64,000 nt of DNA from Priapulus caudatus (lineage: Eukaryota): the NCBI RefSeq assembly GCF_000485595.1, contig NW_014577079.1, forward strand, positions 626,766 through 690,765, written 5' to 3'. Positions 37,080-51,126 of this stretch are shown in pieces. The notes under the pieces were generated by a model. It did not search any database. It worked only from the letters and a program-made list of their open reading frames with translations, and was not told where the DNA came from. Position 1 is the stretch's first letter, and every line of letters starts with the position of its first letter. The position numbers were made by a program, and so were the translations under genes.

Positions 37080-37792
37080 AGCCTGGCGCACATGTTACAG
37101 TTTTTCTCATACAATTTTTTCCGATCCTTACCGGCAGGTGAATTTGGAGCGTGTGCGGTCTCATTATCCTGCGATTTTGCGAGCATACAAAACTGGTATG
37201 ATATCTACCGATAAAAATCGCACGAATAAAATCGGACCGTAGTGTCTGCGGTGTTCAGCAGAAAAACCTGGTTATACTGGCCAATCAGCACCGAGCAAAA
37301 TTCACATGATTGTCAAAATGGCACCGTCAGAGTTATTGAAATCCTATCATCTGGACTGATTGCATCTCTCATAACTGCACCTCTCGTTTTATAACAGGGG
37401 CCAACATCTGTACTAGCTTGTCAAAATTGGCACAGTTAAAATATGTGAACCTTCTAAAAGTTTCAGTGTCTTCCTCCCAAAGCTCTTGTATTATATTTTG
37501 TCCAAATGCGAACTGCTGCCTTTTCTGTATCCATGTTCGTGCTCATAACTCTCTGGCTCTTGCAGCATTACGTCGCCTTCGACGACATAAAATTAACAAA
37601 ATAACAAGTAATGCTCTCCTTTTATTTATGGAGGCCGCCATTTTGAAAAGTCACATGATCGATCACGCAATATTTATCCAGATTTTAATCGGTAACCATT
37701 GCACAGTGTAGCGTGTGCGGGATACACGGATTATTTCCTGCAATAAAATCTGGCGACTAATACCATAGCATAGCTTGCGTGTGCGCCAGGCT
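37080..37792. mobile_element. PIF/Harbinger-like MITE
   Basis: TIR AGCCTGGCGCACA / TGTGCGCCAGGCT, AAA/TAA flanks; same termini as 52362-52800. Confidence 0.65.
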
Positions 37793-38639
37793 TAACCGAG
37801 GTGAATGATTTTTAAAATAAGGCCGGTTGATAATAATAGCACAAATTATTTTATTTAGCCAATTTCTATCCTACATGTACATAATTTCTTCACACCCACT
37901 GTTCTTGGAAAAAGATTTTGGTCGTTATTCCTTGTTGACCAAAGTTGAAAAATGTTACCTCCTTCCGAAGCTACAACTCTGGTTGGATAATGGTTACCTT
38001 TAGCATATGACCAATTTGTAGCAAAGTGCAGTGAAATGTAATTCGTAAATAAAATAGTGAATAATCAGAAGATGCTACCCTGGTGTACCGTGCGAGGTGT
38101 CAAATAACCTATAAATGGCAAAGCAAAATGAATACTATAACATATACTTAGCATGATAAATGGTTTTTATGCTGCCCGTGAGTCATGATTTATCGTCTGC
38201 CATGACATGCGATTCCTTTTAGAGATTAACATAAGTGTGAAAACACTGTATTCATTTATATGGTGAATTTTGATATTACCCTTTTCAAGGCCTTTTCATA
38301 TATTATTTAAGTGACTGTTAGCATTAGAAAATATGAATTTTGTGCCAGTTATTCATACAGGTATAGGCATGTAAAATATCACGCAACGCTGAAATAATTA
38401 AATTTCACTCATTTTTATCTTTGTCGGTATGATTTAGGGTGGAATGAAACTAAAAGCTAGTTCAGCCTCGTAAAGTACTCATGAAATGCACTTATGGTCA
38501 TGATGCACTTATGCACTCATGCACTTATGCACAGGATGTCCATTACTGTGCAGGGTTCAGTATATATCAAGGGAGTGTCATGAAAACTGTCGTTGCTATA
38601 ATTCTTACTTGTGTGTTTCTAAAGCTCTTGACCACAGTA

Positions 38640-38798
38640 CAGGGCCGTAGCTAGCCGGTGGGAGTCACAGGGGCAGCTCCCCCCCCCCAGAAAAAAAAGA
38701 GACAAAAAATAGGCAAAAACACACACACTCCCAGAACACACTATGTACATGTATGGCTTCCCCCCTCCCCCAGGAAAAATGGGTTAGCTACGCTTCTG
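38640..38798. mobile_element. Small hAT-like MITE
   Basis: Imperfect TIR CAGGGCCGTAGCTA / TAGCTACGCTTCTG; CAGTA repeated on both flanks. Confidence 0.5.
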
Positions 38799-41700
38799 CA
38801 GTATATTTTGTAATCATATAGCTTTGTTCAGTGATGAGCCTAAAATACTATTCTGTAGTGGCACTCTCAGTATACCATTATATTACAAGTCTATCCTATT
38901 TAAAAACAATCAGAAACGTGGCGGGAAAAGTAAACATGCGGCGTTCGGCAGTCGCGTTTAAAAGTAATTGCAACGTTCAGCATTACATGTGCCTGCGTTT
39001 ATTTCCTTGCCTCCGACTGGATGCCACTACGATTACAAATATGTATATTTTAAGATGTAATGAACAGAAGCTTTATGATATTGACATATATATATACTAT
39101 ATATAGAGTTGTTGTAAAGTACTAACGTGTAAATTACTCGTTGGCGTAAAGGGCATGTGAGATGGGATCAGTAAATGCGCGTGGGATAGGACTGCATTCG
39201 ATAGCAATGATGAGTTGTGCATCGTTTGTGAAGTCCTACGTGACTGCTGGGTGTCCAGCAAACAGAAATTTTGAGCTAATGTTGCAGGCATGACAAAACA
39301 GGTACTCATCTATTTAAATGTTACATGACAGCAGAGTTTGATGATCACCTACTTTCTAATTTGTCACACTTGAGCCAACTTTGAACTCATTGCTTACTTG
39401 TAAATGCTCCTTTAATAGTGAAAAAGTCTTATCAGACCGTTATATGACTTGCCCTGGGCAATCAGGCAATGATGTGTTTCGAGCTTTGATATGACTGCCT
39501 ATGTCTCTTCTAGGGTTGGGGTTCTATGTTCTTAGGTGTAGCATTGCATTTCATTTTATTTATGTTTTTAAAAATGAGGGTCTGAGCAACGATGCAACGT
39601 TTATGTAAGAAATCACACATAGCAACTACCTTACATGGCAATATTTTTGGAAAATTTTGAATAATTATATTAGGAATTACAAATAGGAACAACTTTTTCA
39701 AATTTTTCTGAGAAATTAAAAATGGATTTTAATGAGGTAAGAGTCGGTTTTGAACAATAGTTTTATATTGTGTTAAAGCAAAAACATGGTAATTTATGTA
39801 AATTTTATCAGTTATTTATTTAAGTGTATTACAACACAATAAAATCTAAGTGTTGCACAAGCAGTTCGAATTTGTGGGAGTGAGGGGAAATTAAGTAGCA
39901 GCAAATTCAAAAGGCAGTTTATGGTGTTCGTCCCATTAGTAAGTGTTTCTAATTCTAGGCAAAAAAGTTTTTAAATAAATGTAATCACAAGCAATTTTAT
40001 TGTGATTTCCATGTATGTGTATTGGTAGTATATGTACACATATAGTGAACTTTCATATATATATATAAATAATTTTACAATAACTTTTTTCCACTGTAAA
40101 TGTAAATATGAGATCCAACTTTCGAAATGCCAGATGAAACAGAGGTGCCGTAACTTTCTTATGCCCTACAGCTTGAGGACGCGTGTTGACATTGTGGTGT
40201 ATCAGTATGAACTGTACCACTAGGCAATAGGTACACTGTCTGCGTTCATGCTCGTGCCCCTGATATGAAGGCCATATCCCGGGCGCTCGTGGTGTTGACT
40301 TACGTAACAACCATGCAAACATTGTGAATGGTATAATTTGCACATTATAATTTCATTGTCAGGAAGGTATTCATGGTCAAGTAAGTAAGGTTCATTGTAC
40401 AGTTAAGGTTAGACAAAGTAATTTCAGGGGGGTTGTTATTAGCATTGCATCAACAATCGTTATCCACATTTACATTAGTCCATAAACCGATCAACTAATG
40501 AGCAGCTTACAAGCACGAACCTTCAAACATACTTTCAATGATGATGCCCCCCCCCAAATATCAAAATCCTCAATAAAAGGGGAATTTTGAGGGATAAACA
40601 ACATGCGTTTGTAACCTAAGTTTTGTTTGTTAACATTGAATTTTAGTAATGTGTGAGACCACCTTTAATTCAACACTTGCTCCTAAATTAGCATTTCTAT
40701 TCATTATCATACCTTTTCATGAGCATGTTGTATTTAATCACTTTGATCGGGTAATGCGATCCAAGCGATTTATTGTCTCGACTGCAAGTAGAATAAAGTG
40801 TACAGACTGCAAGCTCGTAATCTGTGTATAGATCTACTATCTACACATAGAAGGTGTGCCTGCTTTTACCAAAAAGCCAATCTTTCATTTCGACCTCGTC
40901 AACCCCACACCGTTGCCAGGTTTAGCAGACGGCTGCCAACGCAAAGCCTCTCACAGTGCATTAACTTGGGCAGCCTGCTGTGTACTTCTGGAAAGAGAGT
41001 GCTTTTTTTTAACTTTCTCTTAAACTTTCTATTCCGGGACATTGTCGGGGGTGTGTGAACAGTTTGTGCAAATGTGGCAGTTAAAGGGCAGTAGCCTCTA
41101 GGATTTTACTGCATACAACTGTACTTACTGTATAACAAATCGTCTATACCCACACGTATTTGTTACCAGATACCTAATTTAATTGTTATAAATATTTACC
41201 TCATACGGTTAACGAATTTGAACGGCGCCATTGACCGCGACGTGCTGCACCGCCGCTCCCGTAAAGTTGCGATATTTGACAATTTATTTTGCCTGAGTTA
41301 GCAGACGGAGGGTTAATGCAAAAAAGTGAATTATATTTCTACCGTAAGTGCTTTTAACCGAACGATTTTATTTTAGGGGGAAATTTTGCATATTTAACTG
41401 AAGCTAATGTGTTTTCGATATTACAACTTTCAGGGGCAGATGCAGGCTGAAGTAACAGTAATTCTTCCAGATTTGTAAGGGCGACATCTCCGAAAGGGAC
41501 ACAACCACAGTGAGGCGCGCTAGTCCGCGAGCACTGGAGGGGGGGTCTGTGGGCATCGCCAGGAATTTCTATTTCAAGGGTCCTGGACAAAATGAGCACG
41601 ATTTGTGAGCACGACTTTAGTGCAGCGCATAGCTAAAAAGCATATGGATTTTTATATTGCTGCTGAATCATTTTGCCTGCCTTGCATACTGCAATTCTGC

Positions 41701-42199
41701 TGATGATTCAGACTTTTTTCTTTTACAGATATAAGTAGTTTTGTTCATGTAATTTTAGATTTCTTCAAGTCTGTCTGATATCGAAGAAAAATAAAATAAA
41801 TAGAAGATATAGCCAATTCATCAATTTGTTTTTTCTGTATCTTTTAAGCGCGACAATTTCGAAGGACTTTGAATAGACGTATTTTTCCAAAGGCAAATAT
41901 GGTCTGAATCTGGCGTCTTGCTTTTGTTTAATTATAATAAGAAACGCCTTGTCTGTAGACCTTGGATGGAAGTGGTTTTTGCGCACTTTCGATCTGTGGG
42001 TTTGAGGTGCGCCACCGTCGTTGTTCACTGTAGTTCGTTAGTTTTAAATATTTTTTTAAATATTTTTTATAAGGTGATGAAATGAACTTTTATGTAGGGG
42101 TATGATAACATAAATTAGGCTGAAATAACTTAGGCTAGAGTAACCCTCTCCTTTAAGGAAGTAATGTGAATTTATAAATGAGCAAGTGATACTGTTTTT

Positions 42200-44155
42200 A
42201 TAGGCTCATTGACATAGTGCAGATGCAGCTTGTAGAATTCGCATGAGCGTGCGTCGTACGTCGTCACGGAGTTGGCAAATTTAACGGCTCGACGTACGAT
42301 TCGAAAGTCGGAGAGTGGGGGTATCCGAAGGTTGGGATGTCGAGCTGGGGGTAAGGTAAGGTGCAAGAGGTGGTAAAGAGGGGGAGATAATTCCTCTTAA
42401 CTTAGGTATAGAGGAGGAATTTGAGATTGCGGCACAAATCGTAAAGGTTCGACTGGCTCGTGATAGTGGGTTGTATAGGCATCATGGGTAGGAAAGCATT
42501 CCTCGTGCCCGAAATTGGAGTACCAGTAAGGTCTAATGGGCAGAGGGAGTTTTAGACTTTTTGAGGACATGGTGTGACGGAGCGATGGAAACTTTTGTGT
42601 CTGAATAACTTTTGACCTCAGAGGAGGGATTTAAATGGATTTGTTAACTGTTATGTGTTTAGGAAGATTTGACCTGGCTGGGTTTGCTAGTAGAATCTAT
42701 ACATGCCTTGATGATAAGGCTACATGTCACAGTGAAATTTCAAAGCTAAATTTGCTTTGAGAGGTTTATGTCCTTATTCGTCATATTTCTATGGCATTCT
42801 GTACTGTCGTGGTTTAATATGCATGCAGGGGGCCTGGGCAATGCATGTGGTGGTGAGATATGGTGTAGTTTTTGGCCTGCGTTAATTAGGTAAAGGTTGG
42901 CAGTCTATTTCAGCCCCAGAGGCTTGTGTAAGGTAATGGACGAGTGATTACTATTGTCTTGCCAAATAGTTTTACTATACGACGTACGATGGAAGCTTGC
43001 CTGCTTACACGTAGGCGCATCTCCGTGGAATTTCATAAAGTCCATCGACATTTCTTCGAGAAGGGTCCTGATACAATTGCCGCAGTGTTTGAAATAAGGG
43101 CTATCGTTTGTTCGTACTTCATGTTTCCCACGGAGACAGTAGATTTGTCAGGTAGCTTGTCTGCTGTGCAAGGCAGCTTTTTAGAGGGATTTTTTCATAA
43201 TTTTCTACCGATCGTTCTGGCCGCTGATAGGGAAACCGAGTTACAATAAGTATAAAACATGGTGTGGGAGTGCGCAACCCGAATTACCTATTATCGTATA
43301 ACCTTTATGTGCAGTTATATACAACGTTACGCTTGCTAGCCTGCACGAACGGTCTTGCTAGGTTAGAGACCATCAGACTCAGTTGTAGAAATCAGACGTC
43401 TGTATAGACATGCAGTCGTACCGCTCGTCGGGCACGCTACCGGCAGGCGGAGAAAAGAGAGAAATTGGAGAGGGGAGAGAGGGGAGCGGCGAGAGAGAGG
43501 AGAAGAGAGGAGTAGAGAGAGAGGGAGGAAGGAGAGAGAGAGGAAGAGAGAGGAGAGAGAGATACATGTGAAGAGACGAGAGAGCGAAAGACGAAGAGAA
43601 GAAGCAAAAACAGAAAGGAGAAAGAGAAAGAGAAGATCGATAGAGAGAGGCGCGCAGACGAGAGAGAGAGAGAAGAGGAGAGAGAAAGAGAGAGAGCGGC
43701 GAAGAGAGAGAAGAGAGAGCGAGTAGAAGAGAGGAGGAGAGAGAGAGAAAAGACAAGAGAGAGCGAAAGAGGGAGAGTGGTGTGAGCGAGGCGGAGGAGA
43801 GGGAGAAAGAGAGGGCGTGAAGGGAAGAGAGGGAGAGGAGAGAGAGAGAGAAGAGAGGGAGAGAGAAGAGAGAGGAGAGAGAGGAGAGAAGAGAGAGGAG
43901 AGAGAGAGAGATGTGATCGAGCAAGAGAGAGAGAGGGAGTGTGATCAAAGCGAGAGAGAGAGCGGCGAAGGGAGAGATGAGAGGAGAGAGCGGGAAGGGA
44001 GAGATAGCAAGAGCGAGAGAGCGAAAGAGAAAGAATGAGAGACAACGAGGGAGAGCGAACGCGGCAATGGGAGGGTGCTCTTGATTCGTTTGCCCCTGAG
44101 TTTAGCATCAGAACACCTACCGTCAGGTGAGCGCTGTCGCTCTGCGGCACTTGTT
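42200..44155 (+). mobile_element. HINE-like element copy 2 (noisy), interrupted by a purine tract
   Basis: Collinear with the reverse complement of 33419-34666 over about 42200-43100; 3' motif CAGGTGAGCGCTGTCGCTCTGCGGCACTTGTT at about 44124-44155. Confidence 0.6.
43448..44060. repeat. About 600-bp imperfect (GA)n polypurine tract
   Basis: Direct inspection. Confidence 0.9.
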
Positions 44156-47100
44156 GTTAATAATATGTAGGTGGTCTGTTTGGTAAGCAAAAAACCTACA
44201 ATGTTGTGGGCTTTGTGAAACGAGAAATTACCTCGTGAGGAAGCATCGAACTTTGCCAGATAGGCTCTCAACCATGTGACACTGTACAGTATTGCATCTG
44301 TCTGTTAGACCAAGTCAGGTGTCCGGTTGTCTCGACTGTGCAAGCACAGGCGACTAACCGCGTTCCTTTCCTGCAATTTCCACCTGCCATTCGACATTTT
44401 ATAAAACATTTTGTCATGTCGGTCAACAATGTCTCGCGCTCTGTGTTTACATAGCATTGCTGTCGGATGTGTCAGTGTCCAAGCAGCAGATCAAAGGTCA
44501 AGTAAGAAGTCTATTCTATGATTAAAGACTCAGCAGCTATAACAATTTGAGCCGCGGAATTCAACTGATTCCGTAGTCGTACCTGAAACCAACAACTGAT
44601 GGGCAGCTTTAAATAATGACGGAATTTCATTTGTCAGTAATTTAACCCCGTTGTCGACGCTAGTCAGCGAGCAGCTTTGCAAACACTTGCGTGCAAACAT
44701 GAAACATCAAGTGAAACACTCCGTCATCGCTGTGGTGCATGGTGACAGATTAACCGTTATGGAAATAGGACCCTGTTCCTCAAACATTAACCAGCATATA
44801 TGAGAGTGATCAGTGTAAATTTTGAATGAACTTGATCTGGTTTTGCCAGTGTAGATTGTTACTGGTTTCGGCGATGACTATTGAATCAATCTACAAGAGA
44901 CCAACATCCCTAATGTATTTTGTCTCAGTCTAAAAGCGATAGTTGTATATAATATAATTTATCAACGTTCATCATTCGAGCAAAATATTCAGTTTTGACT
45001 GAACTTAGTAAAATTATCTAAATATAAATAAAATGCCAGATTTTTTTACCACGTGAAAGCTGAATACGTGCTATCCTGTTTTTTATATTATTGCATATAT
45101 ACTCACGTTTGTGAAGCTTAATGCAAACATGTTTACATGCAAGAAATGTGATTGCAAAAATGCCAACGTAATTTAAATGTTAACTAGGTGTAATACAGAC
45201 ATCGCAGAAGGCATGTAATTAGCTTAGAGATTATGTAATTAAACATTTGAGTAATGCTGTGACAACAAATCTCAATTCAAAAACTGATAGTACCAAGAAA
45301 TACTGCATAACAGCAGTGCTCGAAATAAGAAAAAAAATGTGGTTGTCCTGCGGACAACCCAGGCATCAAATCAGGTTGTCCGCAACAATTTCTGGTTGTT
45401 CCAAAAAATATCCCCAAATCTCCTATTTTCAATCACATAATAATATGGTCAGAAAATACCCCAAAACAGTGGCGTAGCCAGGATTTTTTAACAAGGGGGG
45501 GCCAAAAACAGCGAACTGCGCTTGCTTCAACAGACTTTAATTTCAAGGCAGCAGTAGTGAAATTCTACCAGAGAAATCCTATCAGTCCTGAAGTGCTCTG
45601 TTACTAGCTGTAACATCTGTTGGTGATGGTATGGGAGCAAAAAGTAGTCCAGAGAAAGAGACCATATTTCTGTTTATAAACATAAGTATTATTTTTTAAT
45701 AAAATAGTTTTATGAAAACAATGGTAGTGGGTTTGTTTACTTGTATGAAAAAAGTGACAACTAACAGAGTTTTATTTGAATTTGCTATACTCAAGGGAAA
45801 TGCCAAAAATGTCGTTTATAAATAGGTGTCGGTTCTAAAGATGGTGATTCTAAAGGGTTGACTGTATGTAGTGGTAGTGGTATGGGTAGGCACAGTAGTA
45901 GCTAGTAATAGCATAATAATAGTATAGTGATAGTGCGCATAACAGTAGCTTTAGTCATTAAGTTAGCGATGTCGCTGTGTGGAACTTGTTCTATACTTAG
46001 CCTGGATCTTAGGCAATATCATTCATCTGCCGCCATTCCTTTTTTAACTTGCATCTACCTGCTAATTTCAGTACATCTGACCAGTAACACCTCAAATGGT
46101 GATGTTGTATTCAGCCATGAGGCTAAAATGGCAAATTTGTTTGCTCTTATCCGGCCGACCCACAAATTAAAAATGGTCCAAATCGAGTTTCTGTTGTCTA
46201 TTTTAAGTTTTTTCTTCTAGTAATAATTCTGTCTCGGTTTGATTTGCTGACCTGTTACTGGCAGTTCAAATGTGTAGTATTTTATCCAATGGCAGGGTGT
46301 TAAAAGGATTTGCTTGACACACATTTGTAAGACTTGTTACCTGTCAATTTTACTGAAAAGAAGCATATACCAACCTACCTACCTGCCACCCCAACCACTC
46401 AAACCTCCCTACGTACCTGTGTACCTACGAAACCACCCACCCAACACCTTCCCAAGTATTAAAAAAAAGGTCAAATATTGGCAAACCGTAATATTTTTAA
46501 GTGGGGCCTAATTACGCACGACCACAAACAAGTTCTGGGTCGTAGCCTATGAGACATTCCCTGGCATGGTCACCAAGTATATGTAAGAGCAGCTCTCCAG
46601 GTTTGGAGGTCAAATATGAAATTGATTTTTACTGATAGGGGGCGAGCAGTTGTTGCGTGACCTTTTCATCCTCTAGAAGAGGGAATAGGCTTTAATATCG
46701 CCATCGCAATATCTGCAGGCAAGGACTACTGTGGTTTCTGTTCAGGATATAGGGTTGTACGCAGTAAAATAAAAGTTCTGAAGGTTGTCGGTTAGAGTGT
46801 GTGCGCTGCAGACAGCGGTAAAGCATTGGTAGCAAGTCGATCTTACAACATTGATTTCATCATCAAAATGCCTAGAAAAAAACATCTGCATATCTTATCA
46901 ACTTAATCCATCTTTGCTTTTCACTTCCATCCTTTGGAAATCTATAAAAACTGCAATAGGGACTCTCAGAATGATGGTTACAATTTTTATAACATTATTA
47001 TGACAATTTTACATGACAATTATTATGACATTATTATGACAAATTTATAACAACATTATTTATAGTTTTACAACATGATACCATTTTCACGCAGTTAATG

Positions 47101-47191
47101 TTACGGAGCCAATGATTGTTTAGAACCAGTGGGTTTGTTGTCACGCCACTGTGACGTCATCACTTCGGAGCTCTATTAGATGTGCATCAAA

Positions 47192-47492
47192 GGGCGCGTT
47201 TGTTTGGTCGGATCCACAGATCTCGATCCAATGGATTCGTTGATCTGACTGTTTTTTTGGTCGGATCACTTGATCTCGATCCACTGAACCCGACTCTGCT
47301 AGCGAGGTGGATTCGAACGAGATCCAATATGGCGGCCTGCGCTTCAGCCAATCACAGCTTGTTCTTTGTTATGAACCATCCCGTGATAGGTCACAGCGAA
47401 ACGTGAACCGTTCAAAATGAGTTTGCGTTTGTTTGGTCGGATCAGAATCACATGATCGCGATCCGATGGATTCATCCCTAACAAACACGCCC
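47192..47492. mobile_element. Harbinger-like MITE (noisy second copy at about 49244-49563)
   Basis: TIR GGGCGCGTTTGTT / AACAAACACGCCC, AAA on both flanks. Confidence 0.6.
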
Positions 47493-49953
47493 AAAGAAAA
47501 ATGGCGTGTGCCGTTGTCATGGCAACAGAAACTGTCAAGCAGTAATTTCATGTTAACCAAATTTTCATGTTAACAAGTCGATACTGTGCAAATTGGTAAG
47601 TGGAAAAGGACGAGAAGAAAAAAATGAAATAATTTCTGACATATATTCAAAACATTACTATGTGGAGGTGGTACTGCCTTCTTCTAATAGCTGTATTCGT
47701 GACCCCCTCTGCCCCCCCCCCCCCGGGTTTCTCACGCACTCGGTGTCCCAAGCTCACACACGTGGCACGAGTTTGCACGCGGAGGCGCGCACACACGCAC
47801 GCACGCCGGCGCTTCGCGTCCACAAGGCACACCCATGGTCGCACACCCNNNNNNNNNNNNNNNNNNNNNNNNNNNNNNNNNNNNNNNNNNNNNNNNNNNN
47901 NNNNNNNNNNNNNNNNNNNNNNNNNNNNNNNNNNNNNNNNNNNNNNNNNNNNNNNNNNNNNNNNNNNNNNNNNNNNNNNNNNNNNNNNNNNNNNNNNNNN
48001 NNNNNNNNNNNNNNNNNNNNNNNNNNNNNNNNNNNNNNNNNNNNNNNNNNNNNNNNNNNNNNNNNNNNNNNNNNNNNNNNNNNNNNNNNNNNNNNNNNNN
48101 NNNNNNNNNNNNNNNNNNNNNNNNNNNNNNNNNNNNNNNNNNNNNNNNNNNNNNNNNNNNNNNNNNNNNNNNNNNNNNNNNNNNNNNNNNNNNNNNNNNN
48201 NNNNNNNNNNNNNNNNNNNNNNNNNNNNNNNNNNNNNNNNNNNNNNNNNNNNNNNNNNNNNNNNNNNNNNNNNNNNNNNNNNNNNNNNNNNNNNNNNNNN
48301 NNNNNNNNNNNNNNNNNNNNNNNNNNNNNNNNNNNNNNNNNNNNNNNNNNNNNNNNNNNNNNNNNNNNNNNNNNNNNNNNNNNNNNNNNNNNNNNNNNNN
48401 NNNNNNNNNNNNNNNNNNNNNNNNNNNNNNNNNNNNNNNCCAACAACCCAACACTAGCACACAGACATTAGAATAAAGAGTTGATCGGATCGCTAAAAAT
48501 AACTTGTTTTATTTATCTTGGCTGATTTCATCCCTTTAGAGATTCTAATCCAGTGTACCTGCATATCTTCCAGCCACAAAATATCATCACAATCCATCAA
48601 CAAACTAAGCCAAATTACTATTTACGTAGTAGCCACGTATGTAGCCCCTCCAGCCTACCGACTGTTTCACGTCGGCAGAAAACCACTTCTCGCCACGATA
48701 TAGTAGACAAACGAGCAGGTAACTTTGGCTACCGTTATAGGTAACCGGTATTGATGCTGTTGTTTAGTTGATTTATATATATATATAAACAGAGGGTAGT
48801 AACCAGACCTGTACCTCTGCCATACGTTCAGTTACTTACACACCACAAATTTTGTGTGTTGCCTAACCTTTTTGTTGCTAACCTTTTTGTACCCCCCTAC
48901 ATTGAGAACTCTATCGAGCGCTATTTCAATCATAAAGACATACTTTTGATGTGCCGGCGAATTTCAACCAACTTTTAGGAGGCGCGATGATGCGCGCACC
49001 ATGGACAATTTCGGCCCCCTGTGTGCGCGATGGAGCGCGAGCGCGATCGCTGCCTCTTAAAAAGAAAGCCTGCCATGATTTAGACAAATTTTTAACAAAT
49101 ATTTATAGTTTTACAACATGATACCATTTTCACGCCAGTTAATGTTACGGAGAGGCCAAATGAATTGTTATCGAACCAGTGGCGTTGGTTGTCACGCCAC
49201 TGTGACGTCATCACTTCGGAGCTCTATTAGCATGTGCATCACAAGGCGCGTTTGTTTGGTCGATGCCACAGATCTCGATCCATATGGATTCGTTGATCTG
49301 ACTGGTTTGTTGTGTGCAGGAATCACTTGAATCTCGATCCACTGAAACCCACTCTGCTAGCCGAGGTGGTATTCGAAACGAGATCCAATATGCGGCCTGC
49401 ACGCTTCAGCAATCCAGCAGCTTGTTCTTGTTATGAACCCATCCCGTGATGGAGGCACAGCGAACGTGAACCGTTGCAAAATGAGTGATGCGTTTGTTTT
49501 GGTCGGATCAGAATCACATGAGTCGGCGATCCGATGAGATTCAATCCCTAACAAACACGGCCCAAAGAAAAATGGCTGTGTCGTTTCATGGCCAACAGAA
49601 ACTGCGTCAAGCAGTAATTTCATGTTAACCAAATTTTCATTACAAGTCGATACTGTTGCAGAATTGTAAGTGGAAAAGGACGAGAGAAAAAAATGAAAGT
49701 AACTTTCTGACATATATTTCAAAACATTACCCGATGTGAAGGTGGTACTGCCTTCTTCTATAGCTGTATTCGTGACCCCCTCTCCCCCCCCCCCGCCGGT
49801 TCTCGTTCCACGCACTCGGTGCCCAAGCTCACACATGTGCACGAGTTTTTCTATTCGCGGCACATCACGGCGCGCGCGCACACACACACGCACGCACGCG
49901 CTTGCGTCCACAAGCACACCCATGGTCGCACACCCCGCATATGTACCCCTGTA

Positions 49954-50359
49954 CCGTAGTATTTGGACGCTCGCCCGAAACTGGACGCTTCCTAACGTGC
50001 CGCATGCGTGCAGGCGGCTTCTTGTTTTGCAAGGCGCGCGCATGGCAGCATGCGCAGTAAGTAATCTGTGCATCTCGCCCATCGAAAACAGTCGCACATA
50101 AACAACATGCGAGGCAAACCCGCGTCAACTCATTGGAAACATTTGATTGAAACAATTTGCGAATGTGTAAGTTAGTTAAGACTGTGTTATTGTGTCAGGT
50201 TACAAGGCGAAACATAAGAAAACAAAAGTTCTGGCTACTATTTCCTACGGCTCTGCAAACACAGATTCAGACAAAACAAAAACAAGAGAAAAACAAAAGA
50301 GCATGCGCGCATGTGCACTTAGGAGCGTCCAGTTTCGGGCGAGCGTCCAAATACTACGG
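49954..50359. mobile_element. Tc1/mariner-type (CCGTA-ended) MITE
   Basis: 36-bp or longer TIR CCGTAGTATTTGGACGCTCGCCCGAAACTGGACGCT; TA TSD. Confidence 0.8.
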
Positions 50360-50794
50360 TATGCACCTCCACAGCACACACGCGAGCGCCTGCACGTACA
50401 CTCACGCGTACACGAACGTGTTGAAATATGTAGTAGAATATCGGTCCGTCTAATCCAGATTAGACGTTAGCTATCATAGCAAACAATCAATACAATCATA
50501 TCGCTCTACATTTATTGCAACATAGTGCAAAAGAAATTCAGTGAAATTTTTTGTTTAGAAATCACTAATTCAAATAGGCAGAGTAACGAGAAAGGAGGAT
50601 TATTGTTTCATTTTTAATTTCATCAATTACTTTGTGCTGAACCTTTCAGCCAATGAACATAATGTCGGAACATCCTGATAAACATGGTAATAAACGTTGA
50701 AGTTCATTGCGTTCATTGTTCATTGCGGACATGCTGAACTTATGCGCGCACTGTAACGCGCTTTGTGTGCTCAAGATTATAGGTAATCGTATGA

Positions 50795-51126
50795 GGCCAA
50801 ACAAAAAAATAGGTGTGTTTCTTATTGCATCGAAAACAAAAGTAGGGTAGGTAGGTAGGGATTTTTTAAAATATTTTTTTTTTATTCTTTGGTTTCTAAT
50901 ATCCCTCTGATGCATGCTATAAAGTGGTGTATAGGTAGGGATAAGTTAGTAAGCAAGACTGCAAGTCCAGAACATGTTTGTATTAAAAAATCTCAAGTTT
51001 TGTCTGTCAGATTTCAAATTAAAAATTTTATTTATTTATTTATTTTTTTGAAAAAAAAGGGTAGGGTCGGCCCTATTAATCTAGGGATGGTCGGTCGACC
51101 GGAAACATCTATTTTTTGGTTTGGCC
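50795..51126. mobile_element. MITE with 3-bp TSD TGA (Harbinger-like)
   Basis: TIR GGCCAAACAAAAAAATAGGTGT / ACATCTATTTTTTGGTTTGGCC; TGA on both sides. Confidence 0.7.

Noticed and set aside
43379..44271. Long S/L-rich and E/R-rich ORFs (also the H/T and C/V ORFs at 6900-7661 and 9537-9869)
   Set aside because: Translations of GA/CT and CA/TG microsatellites.
37900..46800. Several AG...GT micro-exon candidates on the plus strand (for example 40363-40380 and 44455-44496) as a divergent gene
   Set aside because: No recognisable protein and no consistent exon chain; such sites occur by chance.
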